A stretch of 64,000 nucleotides of DNA from Piedraia hortae CBS 480.64 (taxonomy: Eukaryota): contig MU005961.1 of NCBI GenBank assembly GCA_010093745.1, positions 124,001 through 188,000 of the forward strand, written 5' to 3'. A program made the position numbers and the translations under genes. Below, in pieces: positions 23,512 through 34,695 of this stretch (positions within the stretch are counted from its first letter, which is position 1; each line of letters starts with the position of its first letter). The notes beneath the pieces were generated by a model. That model was not told the origin of the DNA and ran no database searches. It saw only the letters and a program-made list of their open reading frames with translations.

Positions 23512-23717
23512 TAGATCTGTCGGTTGTGGCAGATGTCAGCGGAGTTGTTCCGCCGACAGCAGCCCCACAGCTGACTCAGCTCAGCCAATCAGAGAGAGGA
23601 CGGCGGGGAAGAGGCAACAGCCTAGTCCACAAGGAGTTAGACGCTGGCGATGACAGCTCTGGCTTGCGAACAATTTCCATTGTAGCGAGCGCCCACCGCT
23701 CTCTTCACAAGTCGACC

Positions 23718-26700
23718 ATGGCGGACTCAAAGAATGGTGGCAAGCACTTGCAAAAGTACAAATATGAGGCCATGTCGAATCTGGTCCTCAAGGCCGACAG
23801 GCGCCACACCCAACAGCGCGACGCAGCTACGGGGGACCCAGAATCGTTGGCTGGCCATGTCACTATTCGGGATATGGGCGTGGGAGCGGTGAGAGAAGCA
23901 GCGCCAGCACCCCAGGTACGGAAGCGAAAACGAACAGAGCCTGCGCAGAAGTCGCGCGGCGGAATCCTTGGACAGGCCGATCTCCTTGTCGAGGGTCTGA
24001 AGTACCGACCACGCACTTCAGCAACCAGAGATGTGTACGAGCTGCTAATCACCAGCGTGGCGCAGAAAATGGGGTCCAATTACGGCCTGGAGGTGACGGC
24101 GTCTGCCACCGATTCCGTCCTGGAGTTTGTAAAGGATGAGAGCCTCACCAACAAGGAGAAAAAGAGGGAGATTAGCGATATCCTGGGAGCATCCGTCTCG
24201 GACGAGGAATTCAACCAGCTGCTGAACTTGTCCAAAAAGCTCACAGACTACAATGCCCAGGATGAGCTAGACGACGTGGCCGATCAGGTCGCCGGGGCAA
24301 TGGACATTGATGAGCGGCAAGGCGTAGCTGTCGACTTCAGTGAAGGGGAAGAGGAAAACGACGGCCCCACATTTGAGGTGCGAGACGGAGACGAGGATTC
24401 TGAGGAAGACGCAGTCCCAGCAGGCTCGGACGAGGAGGCGCCGGCAGAGAAAGAGGGATCGGCACCAGGGTCCGACGTCGAGGATGGAAGTGAAGAGATG
24501 ATCATTGACAGCGTCCGTCCCGATGACCAGCGTGAAACTCGTCAGGATGACCTCGCTGCCCACGACATCGATGCGTATTGGCTGCAGCGACAAATCGGAC
24601 AGATATACGATGACGCCCATATGCAGGCTACAAAGACACGCGAGGCCGAGCAAATCATGGGGTCTGACAAGTCACTACGAGAGGTGGAAAATGAGCTGAT
24701 GGAACTGTTTGACTATGAGCACAGCCATCTAATTACCCAGCTGGTGCGGAACAGAGACAAAGTAGTCTGGGCCACACGGTGGCAGCGAGCAGCCCAGGAT
24801 GCATCTGCACGTATGGCAGTAGAGAGGGAAATGGTCAATTCCGGCCATGGCAACATCCTCAAGGAGTTCCGCGGCCGTGACGGTACAAAGCCATTCCAGG
24901 TAAAAATTGACCCAATGGATTTGGACGTCAAGCCTGAGCCTGAGCAAATGCAGCTGGTGGGCGGTCGTCAACCTCGTAAAACTCTGAACTTGGACGATAT
25001 GAAGTTCGTAGAGGGCAACCATCTCATGACAAATGAGAAGGTCAAACTGCCTCGGGGCGTAACGAAGCGCTCACTCAAGGGCTACGAGGAAATCCATGTG
25101 CCCGTGCCTGAGCCTCGGAAAGGTAGCAACGAGCCGCCGCTAATGCCCACCTTCAAGCTGCCTGATTGGGCACGAACGGGCTTCGGCTCGAGTGAGAAGC
25201 TGAACCGCATCCAGACATCTTGCTATCCCTCGGCTTTCGAGGACGACGGCAACATGCTCGTGTGTGCTCCAACCGGCTCAGGCAAGACCAACGTGGCCAT
25301 GCTGGCTATGCTACGTGAGATTGGCAAGCACCGCGATCCCGAAACGGGACGGATTGACCTAGATGCCTTTAAAATTGTCTACATTGCTCCCCTCAAGGCA
25401 CTTGTGCAGGAACAGGTGGGCAACTTCGGGACTAGGTTGAGATCTTACGGGATTCATGTGGCAGAACTCACTGGCGACCGGCAGCTTACCAAGCAGCAAA
25501 TTGCCGAGACCAACGTAATTGTGACAACACCAGAGAAATGGGATGTCATAACACGCAAAGCAACAGACACTAGCTACACAAACCTCGTGCGTCTCATCTG
25601 CATAGACGAAATCCACTTGTTGCACGATGACCGTGGTCCCGTTCTGGAAAGCATCGTCAGCCGCACCCTCAGGAACCAGGAGCAGACGGGCGACGTCGTG
25701 CGTATTGTAGGTCTGTCGGCCACACTCCCCAATTATGGCGATGTTGCAAAATTTTTGCGTGTCGACGCAGCCAAAGACTTGCACTACTTTGACGCCTCAT
25801 TTCGGCCATGTCCGCTTAAGCAAGAGTTTATCGGCGTCACAGAGAGGAGGCCGATCAAACAGCTACGGACCATGAACGAGATTTGCTACGTCAAAGCTCT
25901 GGAGCAGGTTGAGAAGCACCAGCAAATGCTCGTATTTGTGCACTCGCGCAAGGAAACAGCAAAGACGGCCAAGTATATTCGTGATAAAGCACTAGAGCTC
26001 GAAACTACAGACAAGTTTTTGGGCAACAGCCCTGCCACCCGCGCCATTCTGCAAGAAGAAGTCTCACAGGCTAGCAATGCCGATCTAAAGGACCTGATGC
26101 CCTACGGCTTTGGTATCCATCATGCGGGCATGACAAGAGCCGATCGCACAGCTGTAGAAGATCTCTTTGCTGCTCGTCACATCCAAGTCCTTGTGTGTAC
26201 CGCTACGTTAGCTTGGGGAGTTAACTTACCGGCCCATGCGGTCGTCATCAAGGGTACGCAGATATATTCCCCAGAGAAGGGTAGCTGGGTTGAGTTATCG
26301 CCCCAAGACGTTCTGCAAATGCTGGGACGAGCTGGTCGACCACAGTATGATACTTTTGGTGAAGGCATCATCATCACCACTCACAATGAGCTGCCCTACT
26401 ACCTGTCGCTGATGAACCAACAACTGCCTATTGAAAGCCAGTTCATCAGTCGCCTAGCTGACAATTTGAACGCCGAAGTAGTCTTGGGGAACATAAGATC
26501 TCGAGATGAAGGCGTGGATTGGCTTGGCTTCACGTATTTGTTTGTGCGTATGCTTCGCTTGCGCAGCCGATATTTTGTAGGGCCGGAGTACGATGATGAT
26601 GAGTTGCTGGAGCAGATGCGAGTAGACCTCATCCACTCTGCCGCTGTTGTTTTGGACCGGGCCAAGCTGGTCAATTACGACAAGCGATCGGGACGCATCC

Positions 26701-29700
26701 GGTCGACTGACCTTGGCCGCATCGCCAGTCACTACTACCTCACCTACCGAAGCATGCAGACATATCACACCCACATCTTGCATGCCAAGACATCTATTAC
26801 CCCAGTTGAGCTCTTCCGTGTTTTCTCCCTCAGCGAGGAATTCAAATACATACCCGTACGTGCTGACGAGAAGCTGGAACTCGCCAAGTTGCTGCAGCGA
26901 GTACCTATTCCCGTCAAAGAAACGATTGATGAGCCGAGCTGCAAAATAAATGTTCTCCTTCAGGCCTACGTGAGCCGTCTGAAGCTGGAAGGCTTGGCTT
27001 TGATGGCTGACCTTGTTTATGTTACCCAGTCAGCAGGCCGCATTCTCCGTGCACTCTTCGAAATTGCTCTGAAGGCAGGCTGGGCAGGCGTGGCCAAGAC
27101 TGCCTTGGAGATGTGCAAGACGGCTGAAAAGCGGATGTGGCCAACTATGTCTCCGCTGCGTCAGTTTCCCAGCTGCTCAGCCGAAATTATTAAAAAGGCT
27201 GAACGCATTGACGTACCCTGGTCTGCATATTTTGACCTTGACCCTCCTCGCATGGGCGAGCTGCTGGGCATGCCTCGCCAAGGGCGGCAGGTGTGTGGGC
27301 TGGTAGCCAAATTTCCTCGGGTAGAGCTCAGTGCCCAGGTTCAGCCTGTGACAAGGAGCGTTGTCCGTGTTGAGCTCACGTTAGTACCGCGTTTTGAGTG
27401 GGACGACGAGCTCCACGGCCGTGCAGAAGGATGGTGGATCATTGTAGAGGACTGTGATGGGGAGAAGATTCTCTTCCACGACCGCTTCTTGCTTCGAAAG
27501 GAATACGCTGTGTCCGAAAACAACGAACACCACGTTGAATTCGCCGTAGAAATGACGGAGCCAATCCCACCAAACTATTTCGTAACGGTGGTGTCGGATC
27601 GATGGATGCACGCTCAGAGCCAATTGACGCTGTCCTTTCAAGATTTCATACTACCCTACAAGTTCGCCGCCCCCATACGCCCGCTAAACCTGCAACCCCT
27701 TCCAGTGGAGGATCTAAAGCTGCCGGAATACAAGGCGCTGTTCCCCTGGACTCACTTTTCCAAAATGCAGACGCAGACGTTCAATGCCTTGTTCCAGACG
27801 GATGAGAACGTCTTCATCGGCAGCCCAGCAGGTAGTGGCAAAACGGCGTGTGCCGAATTTGCCCTGTTGCGATGCTGGTCAAAGAAGGATTGTGGCAAAG
27901 CCGTCTGTCTGTTGCCATTCCAAGACCAAGTTGACGCACGACTGCTATGGTGGAATAAACGTCTGAGTGGGCTTGCGGGTGGTAAACAAATTGCCAAACT
28001 GACGGGGGATACGTTGAACGATCTGCAGCGTTTGGAAAAGAGTGACCTTGTGCTGGCTACTCCGGCCCAGTGGGACATGGTGTCTCGTCAATGGCAACGG
28101 CGGCGCCAAGTCCAGGCGGTTCGCCTCATCATCGCTGATGATTTACACATGCTCGGTGCCCATGGCGGCTATGTCTATGAAGTGGTCATAACACGCTCCA
28201 AGACCATTGCGAGCGAGCTGGAAAACGGGCTGCGGATTGTCGGTCTGGGCGTACCCGTTGCAAGCGCTACCGACTTGGGTGAGTGGTTTGGTGCCAACAA
28301 GCAGACCATTTTCAATTTCCAGCCCAATGCGCGCGATATCAAGCTCCATGTGCATGTCCAAAGCTTTGATATCCCACACTTTCCCTCGCTGATGTTGGCT
28401 ATGACCAAGCCGGCGTATCAGGCTATACTACAGCATGCAGACGAACAGCCAGCCATGGTATTTGTTCCCAGTCGTAAACAGGCGCGGGCGACAGCTCAAG
28501 ATTTGCTGCTCGCCTGTGCGGCTGACGGTAATGAAGGCAGGTTTTTAAAGACCGAAGTGGTTCAATTAGAACCCGTGCTCGCACGAGTTCGAGAAAAAGG
28601 CTTGGCCGATGCACTGCGACATGGAGTGGCTTACTATCATGAAGCCCTATCTGACAGTGACCGAAAGATTGCCGGGTCGTTGTTCTCCCAAGGTGCTGTG
28701 CAGGTCATGGTAGTATCACGGGACTGTTGTTGGTCTGTCCAGAGTGTGGCGCATCTGGTGATTGTCATGGGCTCTCAGTTCTTTGAAGGCCGTGAACACA
28801 GGTATGTTGATTACCCAATCAGCGAGGTGCTGCAAATGTTTGGCCATGCGGGCCGTCCAGACGTGGATGAGGAGGCTCACGGTGTGCTCATGTGCCCACA
28901 AACGAAGAAACCGTACTATGTCAAATTCCTGGCGGAGGCGCTGCCTGTAGAAAGTCAGCTCCAAGGCTATCTCCATGACGCCTTCGTGGCTGAGATTAGC
29001 ACAAAGACCATTGAGAATACGCAAGAGGCGTCTGAATGGACCGCCGATACGTATTTCTACAGGCGAATGCTGGCGAATCCCAGCTACTATGGGTTGAAGA
29101 GCAGGAGTGATGAGGACATTAGTGCTTACCTGTCGGAGCAGGTGGAACAGACGCTGGAAGAGCTGAGCGAGGCTGATTTGATCGAGGTGGAAGACGAACA
29201 GGTAACGCCGTTGAACGCTGCCCTGATCGCCGCCTACTACAACATCTCCTTTGCCACAATGCAAACCTTGCTCTTGTCACTGACACGAACTACCAAGTTC
29301 AAGGGTATGCTCGAAATCATCACAGCTGCCACCGAATTCGAAGACATCCAAATTCGTCGGCACGAAGATGGCGTTCTCCGCCGGATCTACGACCGTTTAC
29401 CCATCAAACTAGCCACAGTCGACTACGACAGCCCACACTTCAAAGCTTTTCTCCTCCTCCAAGCACACTTCTCCCGCATGCGTCTCCCTCCCGACATTGC
29501 ACGGGACCAAGAAGAAATCGTTCGCAAAGCCCCGGGCCTTTTAAGCGCATGCGTTGACGTCCTCTCCTCCCAAGGGCACCTCAACGCCATCAACGCCATG
29601 GAACTCTCTCAAATGGTCATCCAAGCCCTCTGGGACAAAGACTCTCCCCTCAAACAAATCCCGCACTTCACCGACGAAGTCGTCACCGCATGCAACCGAT

Positions 29701-30227
29701 CCGGCGTAGACGACATCTTCAAATTCATGGAAACTATGGACCCCGACGATGCGAACCACAAATCCCTTCTCAAAGCAATGTCCCTCTCCCAAACCCAACT
29801 CGCTGACGCCGCGAAATTCACAAACGACCATTACCCGGACATTGACGTCCAATGCGAAGCATCCACCCTTACAGCTGACACCCCGGGTCAGGTGCTGGTG
29901 ACTCTCTCTCGTCGTCTAGAAGACGACGAGGAACCCAACCTCCGCGTCCATGCACCTTTCTTCCCCGGTGAGAGGAACGAGGGGTGGTGGGTCGTTGTGG
30001 GTGAGAAATCTACAAAGACGCTTTACGCGGTCAAGAAGGTTGTGGTGATGAGGACGAGTAGAGTTAAATTGGAGGTTGTGGTCCCCGAAGCGGGGAAGAA
30101 GGAGCTTTGTGTTTTTGTGATTAGTGATTGTTATTTGGGTGTGGATCAGGAGGTGGTACTTGAGGTGGAGGTGGGTGAGGGGAGTGAGGGGAGTGAGGGG
30201 AGTGAGGGGGATGAGATGGAGGAGTAG
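23718..30227 (+). CDS. BRR2: U5 snRNP 200 kDa helicase (tandem Ski2-like helicase/Sec63 cassettes)
   Basis: YKYEAMSNLVLKADR N-terminus, APTGSGKT, DEIH, GLSATLPN, QMLGRAGRPQYD, second cassette SPAGSGKT; intronless; ATG at 23718. Confidence 0.97.
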   Translation: MADSKNGGKHLQKYKYEAMSNLVLKADRRHTQQRDAATGDPESLAGHVTIRDMGVGAVREAAPAPQVRKRKRTEPAQKSRGGILGQADLLVEGLKYRPRTSATRDVYELLITSVAQKMGSNYGLEVTASATDSVLEFVKDESLTNKEKKREISDILGASVSDEEFNQLLNLSKKLTDYNAQDELDDVADQVAGAMDIDERQGVAVDFSEGEEENDGPTFEVRDGDEDSEEDAVPAGSDEEAPAEKEGSAPGSDVEDGSEEMIIDSVRPDDQRETRQDDLAAHDIDAYWLQRQIGQIYDDAHMQATKTREAEQIMGSDKSLREVENELMELFDYEHSHLITQLVRNRDKVVWATRWQRAAQDASARMAVEREMVNSGHGNILKEFRGRDGTKPFQVKIDPMDLDVKPEPEQMQLVGGRQPRKTLNLDDMKFVEGNHLMTNEKVKLPRGVTKRSLKGYEEIHVPVPEPRKGSNEPPLMPTFKLPDWARTGFGSSEKLNRIQTSCYPSAFEDDGNMLVCAPTGSGKTNVAMLAMLREIGKHRDPETGRIDLDAFKIVYIAPLKALVQEQVGNFGTRLRSYGIHVAELTGDRQLTKQQIAETNVIVTTPEKWDVITRKATDTSYTNLVRLICIDEIHLLHDDRGPVLESIVSRTLRNQEQTGDVVRIVGLSATLPNYGDVAKFLRVDAAKDLHYFDASFRPCPLKQEFIGVTERRPIKQLRTMNEICYVKALEQVEKHQQMLVFVHSRKETAKTAKYIRDKALELETTDKFLGNSPATRAILQEEVSQASNADLKDLMPYGFGIHHAGMTRADRTAVEDLFAARHIQVLVCTATLAWGVNLPAHAVVIKGTQIYSPEKGSWVELSPQDVLQMLGRAGRPQYDTFGEGIIITTHNELPYYLSLMNQQLPIESQFISRLADNLNAEVVLGNIRSRDEGVDWLGFTYLFVRMLRLRSRYFVGPEYDDDELLEQMRVDLIHSAAVVLDRAKLVNYDKRSGRIRSTDLGRIASHYYLTYRSMQTYHTHILHAKTSITPVELFRVFSLSEEFKYIPVRADEKLELAKLLQRVPIPVKETIDEPSCKINVLLQAYVSRLKLEGLALMADLVYVTQSAGRILRALFEIALKAGWAGVAKTALEMCKTAEKRMWPTMSPLRQFPSCSAEIIKKAERIDVPWSAYFDLDPPRMGELLGMPRQGRQVCGLVAKFPRVELSAQVQPVTRSVVRVELTLVPRFEWDDELHGRAEGWWIIVEDCDGEKILFHDRFLLRKEYAVSENNEHHVEFAVEMTEPIPPNYFVTVVSDRWMHAQSQLTLSFQDFILPYKFAAPIRPLNLQPLPVEDLKLPEYKALFPWTHFSKMQTQTFNALFQTDENVFIGSPAGSGKTACAEFALLRCWSKKDCGKAVCLLPFQDQVDARLLWWNKRLSGLAGGKQIAKLTGDTLNDLQRLEKSDLVLATPAQWDMVSRQWQRRRQVQAVRLIIADDLHMLGAHGGYVYEVVITRSKTIASELENGLRIVGLGVPVASATDLGEWFGANKQTIFNFQPNARDIKLHVHVQSFDIPHFPSLMLAMTKPAYQAILQHADEQPAMVFVPSRKQARATAQDLLLACAADGNEGRFLKTEVVQLEPVLARVREKGLADALRHGVAYYHEALSDSDRKIAGSLFSQGAVQVMVVSRDCCWSVQSVAHLVIVMGSQFFEGREHRYVDYPISEVLQMFGHAGRPDVDEEAHGVLMCPQTKKPYYVKFLAEALPVESQLQGYLHDAFVAEISTKTIENTQEASEWTADTYFYRRMLANPSYYGLKSRSDEDISAYLSEQVEQTLEELSEADLIEVEDEQVTPLNAALIAAYYNISFATMQTLLLSLTRTTKFKGMLEIITAATEFEDIQIRRHEDGVLRRIYDRLPIKLATVDYDSPHFKAFLLLQAHFSRMRLPPDIARDQEEIVRKAPGLLSACVDVLSSQGHLNAINAMELSQMVIQALWDKDSPLKQIPHFTDEVVTACNRSGVDDIFKFMETMDPDDANHKSLLKAMSLSQTQLADAAKFTNDHYPDIDVQCEASTLTADTPGQVLVTLSRRLEDDEEPNLRVHAPFFPGERNEGWWVVVGEKSTKTLYAVKKVVVMRTSRVKLEVVVPEAGKKELCVFVISDCYLGVDQEVVLEVEVGEGSEGSEGSEGDEMEE

Positions 30228-30899
30228 TTATTTTTGTTATAGGATTTGAGATGAGAGGTTGTGGATTCCTTCATTGTTCATGTTATTGGGGGAATAAGGT
30301 TGATGGGATGGGTAAGCATACTTCGTACTGGATATGGCTATGTGGTTGGGGTTTGAATTGGTAGGCTTGATGTGTACGGTGGATTGGAAGGGGGAGGGGG
30401 GAGGGGTAATTGGTGGGGAGGTAGTTGGGAATATCGACGTTGTTGAAATTTCTGTAGAGCTGAGCCGCTTGGTTGCATGGTTGCTTAGTTACTGGGCGGC
30501 TGGGCCTGGCTTCTCATTTGTTAGGCTGGATTTTCAGAAGAGCAACAGGTCTGAGAGTTGATGGGGCTGGGATCAAGGTGAGCAGGTGGGCAGAGTGAGC
30601 AGGTGATGGGGCTGGACTTGAGATTGGGTGAAGAGTGAGGAGAGAGGGATGGAAGTGGAGAGGTCCATTGGCTCGAGGGTGAGAGTGGCCTGGATGGTGT
30701 GATTGAGGAAGGTGGTGCTTAAATACTGGACGGAGTCACTCATGAGAATAATGGGACTTCCACAAGGTAACGAGCCGGCATCCTACTGGTCTCCCTTGGG
30801 GTTCTTGGTAGTTTTGCTTGTCATTGTGCTGTATCTAGTGGCTACTCCCTGAAGGCTGTTTCAGGATGTGTCCCAAGCCTTCCCTACTCCTCGTCTAAT

Positions 30900-32480
30900 A
30901 TAACCATTTTTTTGGCCTTTTCCAGCTTCTTCGCACGCTCGTTTGGGTACCAGCTCTAAACGCTGATCGGAGTGCGGGATCGGAGGTATTCATCACGGAT
31001 GATCAGCAGAACTCTTTCGTATTCGTTTACAGTCTCATCGTCCAATGACATCAACAGTAGCTCGTAAAGGTCTCGGCCCAAGAAGCACAAGAGTTTGGGA
31101 AGGTCACCTTGGTTTATGTACATGGAGACTGGTCGTGTAGCATTTGGCTGTTATTCTTCCACTCATCAATCAACCTTCTAAACTTATTCTTATCGTAGCA
31201 AGGGCAGTATGCGGATTGGCCTTGGTGAGCTTCCATGTCTTTCCAATCCGTTCTCCTCCAATGAACTGTAAGGCTCCGCCCAGCTACCAACCGCCCCGCT
31301 AGCCGCTGAATCGATGTGTTGTAGTTGTATACCTTTCGTGTGGTCTCTACAGACCGTACTATTTCTTCTCGATTCACTGAAGATTCGAAGCACACCTGAC
31401 CTGAACTCCTCCCCGTGAAGCCGAGTAGTGACACTCCTACAGACCCAAAGGTCTGCCATCCTTCTCTCTGGCCTCTCGAGTAGCTACCATTCGATTGGTA
31501 CCGAGATACTCTTTATTCAGATGAATTTGGTTTTTCTGCATCTTGCCGCAAATTTTTTGCCACTTATCACATTGCTACAAGAAACGGTGCTAGATGCTGC
31601 AAGTTGGGGGGGGAAGGTGGCAGTGTAGTGACACGGTATAGACACACAACTTTGAAAATATCAAAGAGTCGGTAGATGATCATTTATATGCTTGGGATGA
31701 TGTGGACTGATATCCCTAATACACCTCATGGGTCCTCTGGTTAAGTCCTCCTCACCAGCTGTGGCCCTCAAGAATCGTATATCTGCACGTATTCGACTCC
31801 GCATCGCCTCGCACTGTCCTTAGGCAATGATCTGCATGACGTCGTTGTGGCAAAGAGAGCAACGATCGGCCAAACGATTTGTTTGCCAACGAGTTTCTTC
31901 TTTGTTTAACCCCCATTACTGTCGAATCAACCCTGACAGCATCGACATACTCGGTGAGCCCTACCCGATCTTGTCGCGAATTAATGTTTACATATTCTGT
32001 CCAGAGAGAAGTTGTGCTGCGTTGGCTAGGCTAGAGTCGATTCCGTTGTTTCTTTAAGCTTTTGCAACCTCTCGCCGAAAAATAGAGGTCTATTCACCAA
32101 AATAGTCGCCGTACTATACCAACAAGTCGTTAACCTGGGAGCGGTCTTTTGGAAAGATTCGGATGTGTATACCTTATCTAACGTCCGTACCCTCTCTTGC
32201 AGTGGTGACTTTGGCGGGTTGCCGATCATTTCCTCGTGATGGGCCTCCCGCCACATCTCCCGAAGGTTTTCTGTCCTAGGTGTAGCCACGTATGTTGGGG
32301 TTAGCAGATTGGCATGAGCTAGGCCGGTCTGTAGTCGGCGTGTGGTATAGTGCTTGTAGTTGCTCTTTGGCATTGACAGCCCCGAGGCAAATGTTATCAC
32401 TTCCGTCTTCTTCGCCTTTTCCGTCTCCTTCTCCTTCTCCTTCTTCCGCGCCCTCTTCACTCTCCCCTCCTTTTTACCTT
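30900..32480 (-). pseudogene. Degenerate gene of unknown family; inverted paralog of 32820-34218
   Basis: Frameshifted pieces RSTTSLWTEYVNI, TDWKDMEAHQGQSAYCPCYDKNKFRRLIDEWKNNSQMLHD, QGDLPKLLCFLGRDLYELLLMSLDDETVNEYERVLLIIRDEYL, PNERAKKLEKAK align to the plus-strand copy; boundaries approximate. Confidence 0.7.
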
Positions 32481-32819
32481 CCTTTCTCCCTCCCTCTGCC
32501 CAACTCTGCCTCTTCCGATCCGCTGCTCTCCTCCACCCCCTTCCTCTTCCTCTTCTCCCCTTTCTCTTGGTTGACCGCGCGCGATGGTTGGGTGTGTGGG
32601 AGTTTTGCCTTTTCCACCATGGTGTGTGACTGATGAGGATTCGGAGGTAGAGTGTGACTGGAGTGTGACTAATCGTCTGATCATTGAAAGGGAAAGTGAG
32701 GGGTAGCCTCTTGTGTGCCAAGACTGCCGAACATTGTCGGTGTACTAGTCTGGGATCGAACTACCTACGGCTTAGTGCCACCCTAGCTAACAGAACCAGT
32801 GTTTTTGCGTTTAGTAGGT

Positions 32820-34218
32820 CTTGCAGCCCGTCTTTCCCGCCAGTTGGAGAGGGCTGCAGGTGATATCTATTGAACACCGTCGAGCAACATCCCAAGTGGA
32901 TCGGGCCGGTGCAGGCCGGGGGATTGTAAACATTCCCCTCAGATCGTAGCAAACTCTTCTGTAGCAGTGGTCAAAACGGTCAACAACACCCTGGTCTAAA
33001 TTTATCAATATCATTGTGAACATATACAACCCTGGGATGTCTACCCAAGCAGGTATCTGAAACCCACTGACACAACGAGATCGTTTGGGAAGCGATGCTA
33101 GAGCTAGCTGGGCAATTGTAATCGTCATTCATCTCTTTTACAAAACCGGCGAGTGGGATGGATCTTTGCAAGACAGGTGCACTCGAAGCTGTGGGACTCC
33201 ATTGCTTGCCCATGGTGCCGTGGATTTCTAATTTTGTTCTTGACCACAACACCCGCACTCTTTCGCCCAACGCCATGGATGTGGTCCGCGAAGCGATCCC
33301 GAAGGGATACCTGGAAGGAATCCGTAAGCGGGTGCGCGTGCGCGATGGCTGTGCATCGCCGTCATCAGCCTCCAGAAAACGTGCCAAAGTCGAGCTCAGC
33401 AAACTTTAACATGGTGTCCGAAGAGACAATTGAGGTCTACACCCGTGACAGGCTGCGTCTGAGACTGCAGTACCTCGACTCGGTGGAGAATGACAAGTTA
33501 TCACCTCGTGCGCGGCTTTTCATGAAATCTACAAGGAGGCATACGAGATTGCGCTCAGTCACAAAACTCCCAGAAAGACAGCCACTGGAAGAGCTGCTTT
33601 AGACATCATTCGACTGATGGATGAAGCGACGACTTACGGCTAGCCTTGTTCCACACAAGAATTCCTATCGAAATCGATTTGTACATGCGACTTGTGACGC
33701 TTAGACAGCCGAAGTATCTAGCAAACTATGGACGCTACCTTGGCCGGACACCGGAAGCAATTCGCTCAAAACTCAGAGCCACCGAAGAGAACGCCCCAGA
33801 TCCTGAAACGGCGCCGACAATGCTGGACCGCAAATCCAGGAAAGCATGGACCAAACTCTACAAAGAATTAGAGGGAACGGATTGGAAGGAAACGAAAAAA
33901 CACCACAGTCTAGCCGCACACTGCCTTGGCTATAATGAGAGGGCGCTAGGAAGGTTGATTGATGAGTGGACAGAGAACAATCAAACGCTACACGACAACG
34001 TTTCACTGTACATAAACCAAGGTGACTGGCTCGCACTCTCATGCTTGTTGGCTCGAGACATCCGCGAGCTACTGTTGGTGTCACTGAAAGACGAAACTGC
34101 AAGTGAACACGAAAGAGTCCTGCTCCTCATCTGCGATGAATACTTGGACTTGCTCCCAAATGAGCATGCGAAGAAGTTGGCAGAAGCCAAAGGAATCAAG
34201 GAATCAGACGAGGAGTAA
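32820..34218 (+). pseudogene. Unknown-family gene: fragmented 5' part, intact C-terminal ORF 33646-34218 with possible HTH/Myb-like segment
   Basis: ORF pieces RSTTPWSKFINI, 33158-33409, 33410-33602 and 33646-34218 (YLGRTPEAIRSKLR; RLIDEWTENNQTLHD; QGDWLALSCLLARDIRELLLVSLKDETASEHERVLLLICDEYL). Confidence 0.6.
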
Positions 34219-34695
34219 GTAAGACTCAGTGAACATTCTGGGCGTGAGGCATTCTCCGGTAGAAAGTAGCCCATGTAGCCGTATGAGTGGTGGTAGCCTA
34301 GTTTCGTGCACATACACAGGACTGCCCAAAATCATGTCAAAATGGCACGCATGGGAGTAAAGAGTGACTTGGCTGTGATGTCTCAGGGCCTGCGGTATAT
34401 TATTGGTCTGCCGCAGCAATTCGATTACTTGCCCACTAAACCCGGTCCCACTTGCCTTGGACTATGTATGGCCGAGTCATTGCCTCCTACATGGGTTGAT
34501 TAACAATTTGAGCCTCTTTGGAATGGGTATGGGAGTTCTCATCTATGCGGGAGAAGATATGACGTAAGAATCGATCATTCTGTATCGTGCAAGGGACCGA
34601 ATACTTGTGTGCATCGTTGGAATCTCTGCTCAACTGATTCATTCGGAACTAGCAGATCAGCATATCGCGGTAGATATCTGCGAGTATTGAGATAA

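Noticed and set aside
23502..23717. N-terminal extension of the BRR2 ORF
   Set aside because: Starts at TTG and overlaps the divergent gene; conserved sequence begins after the ATG at 23718.
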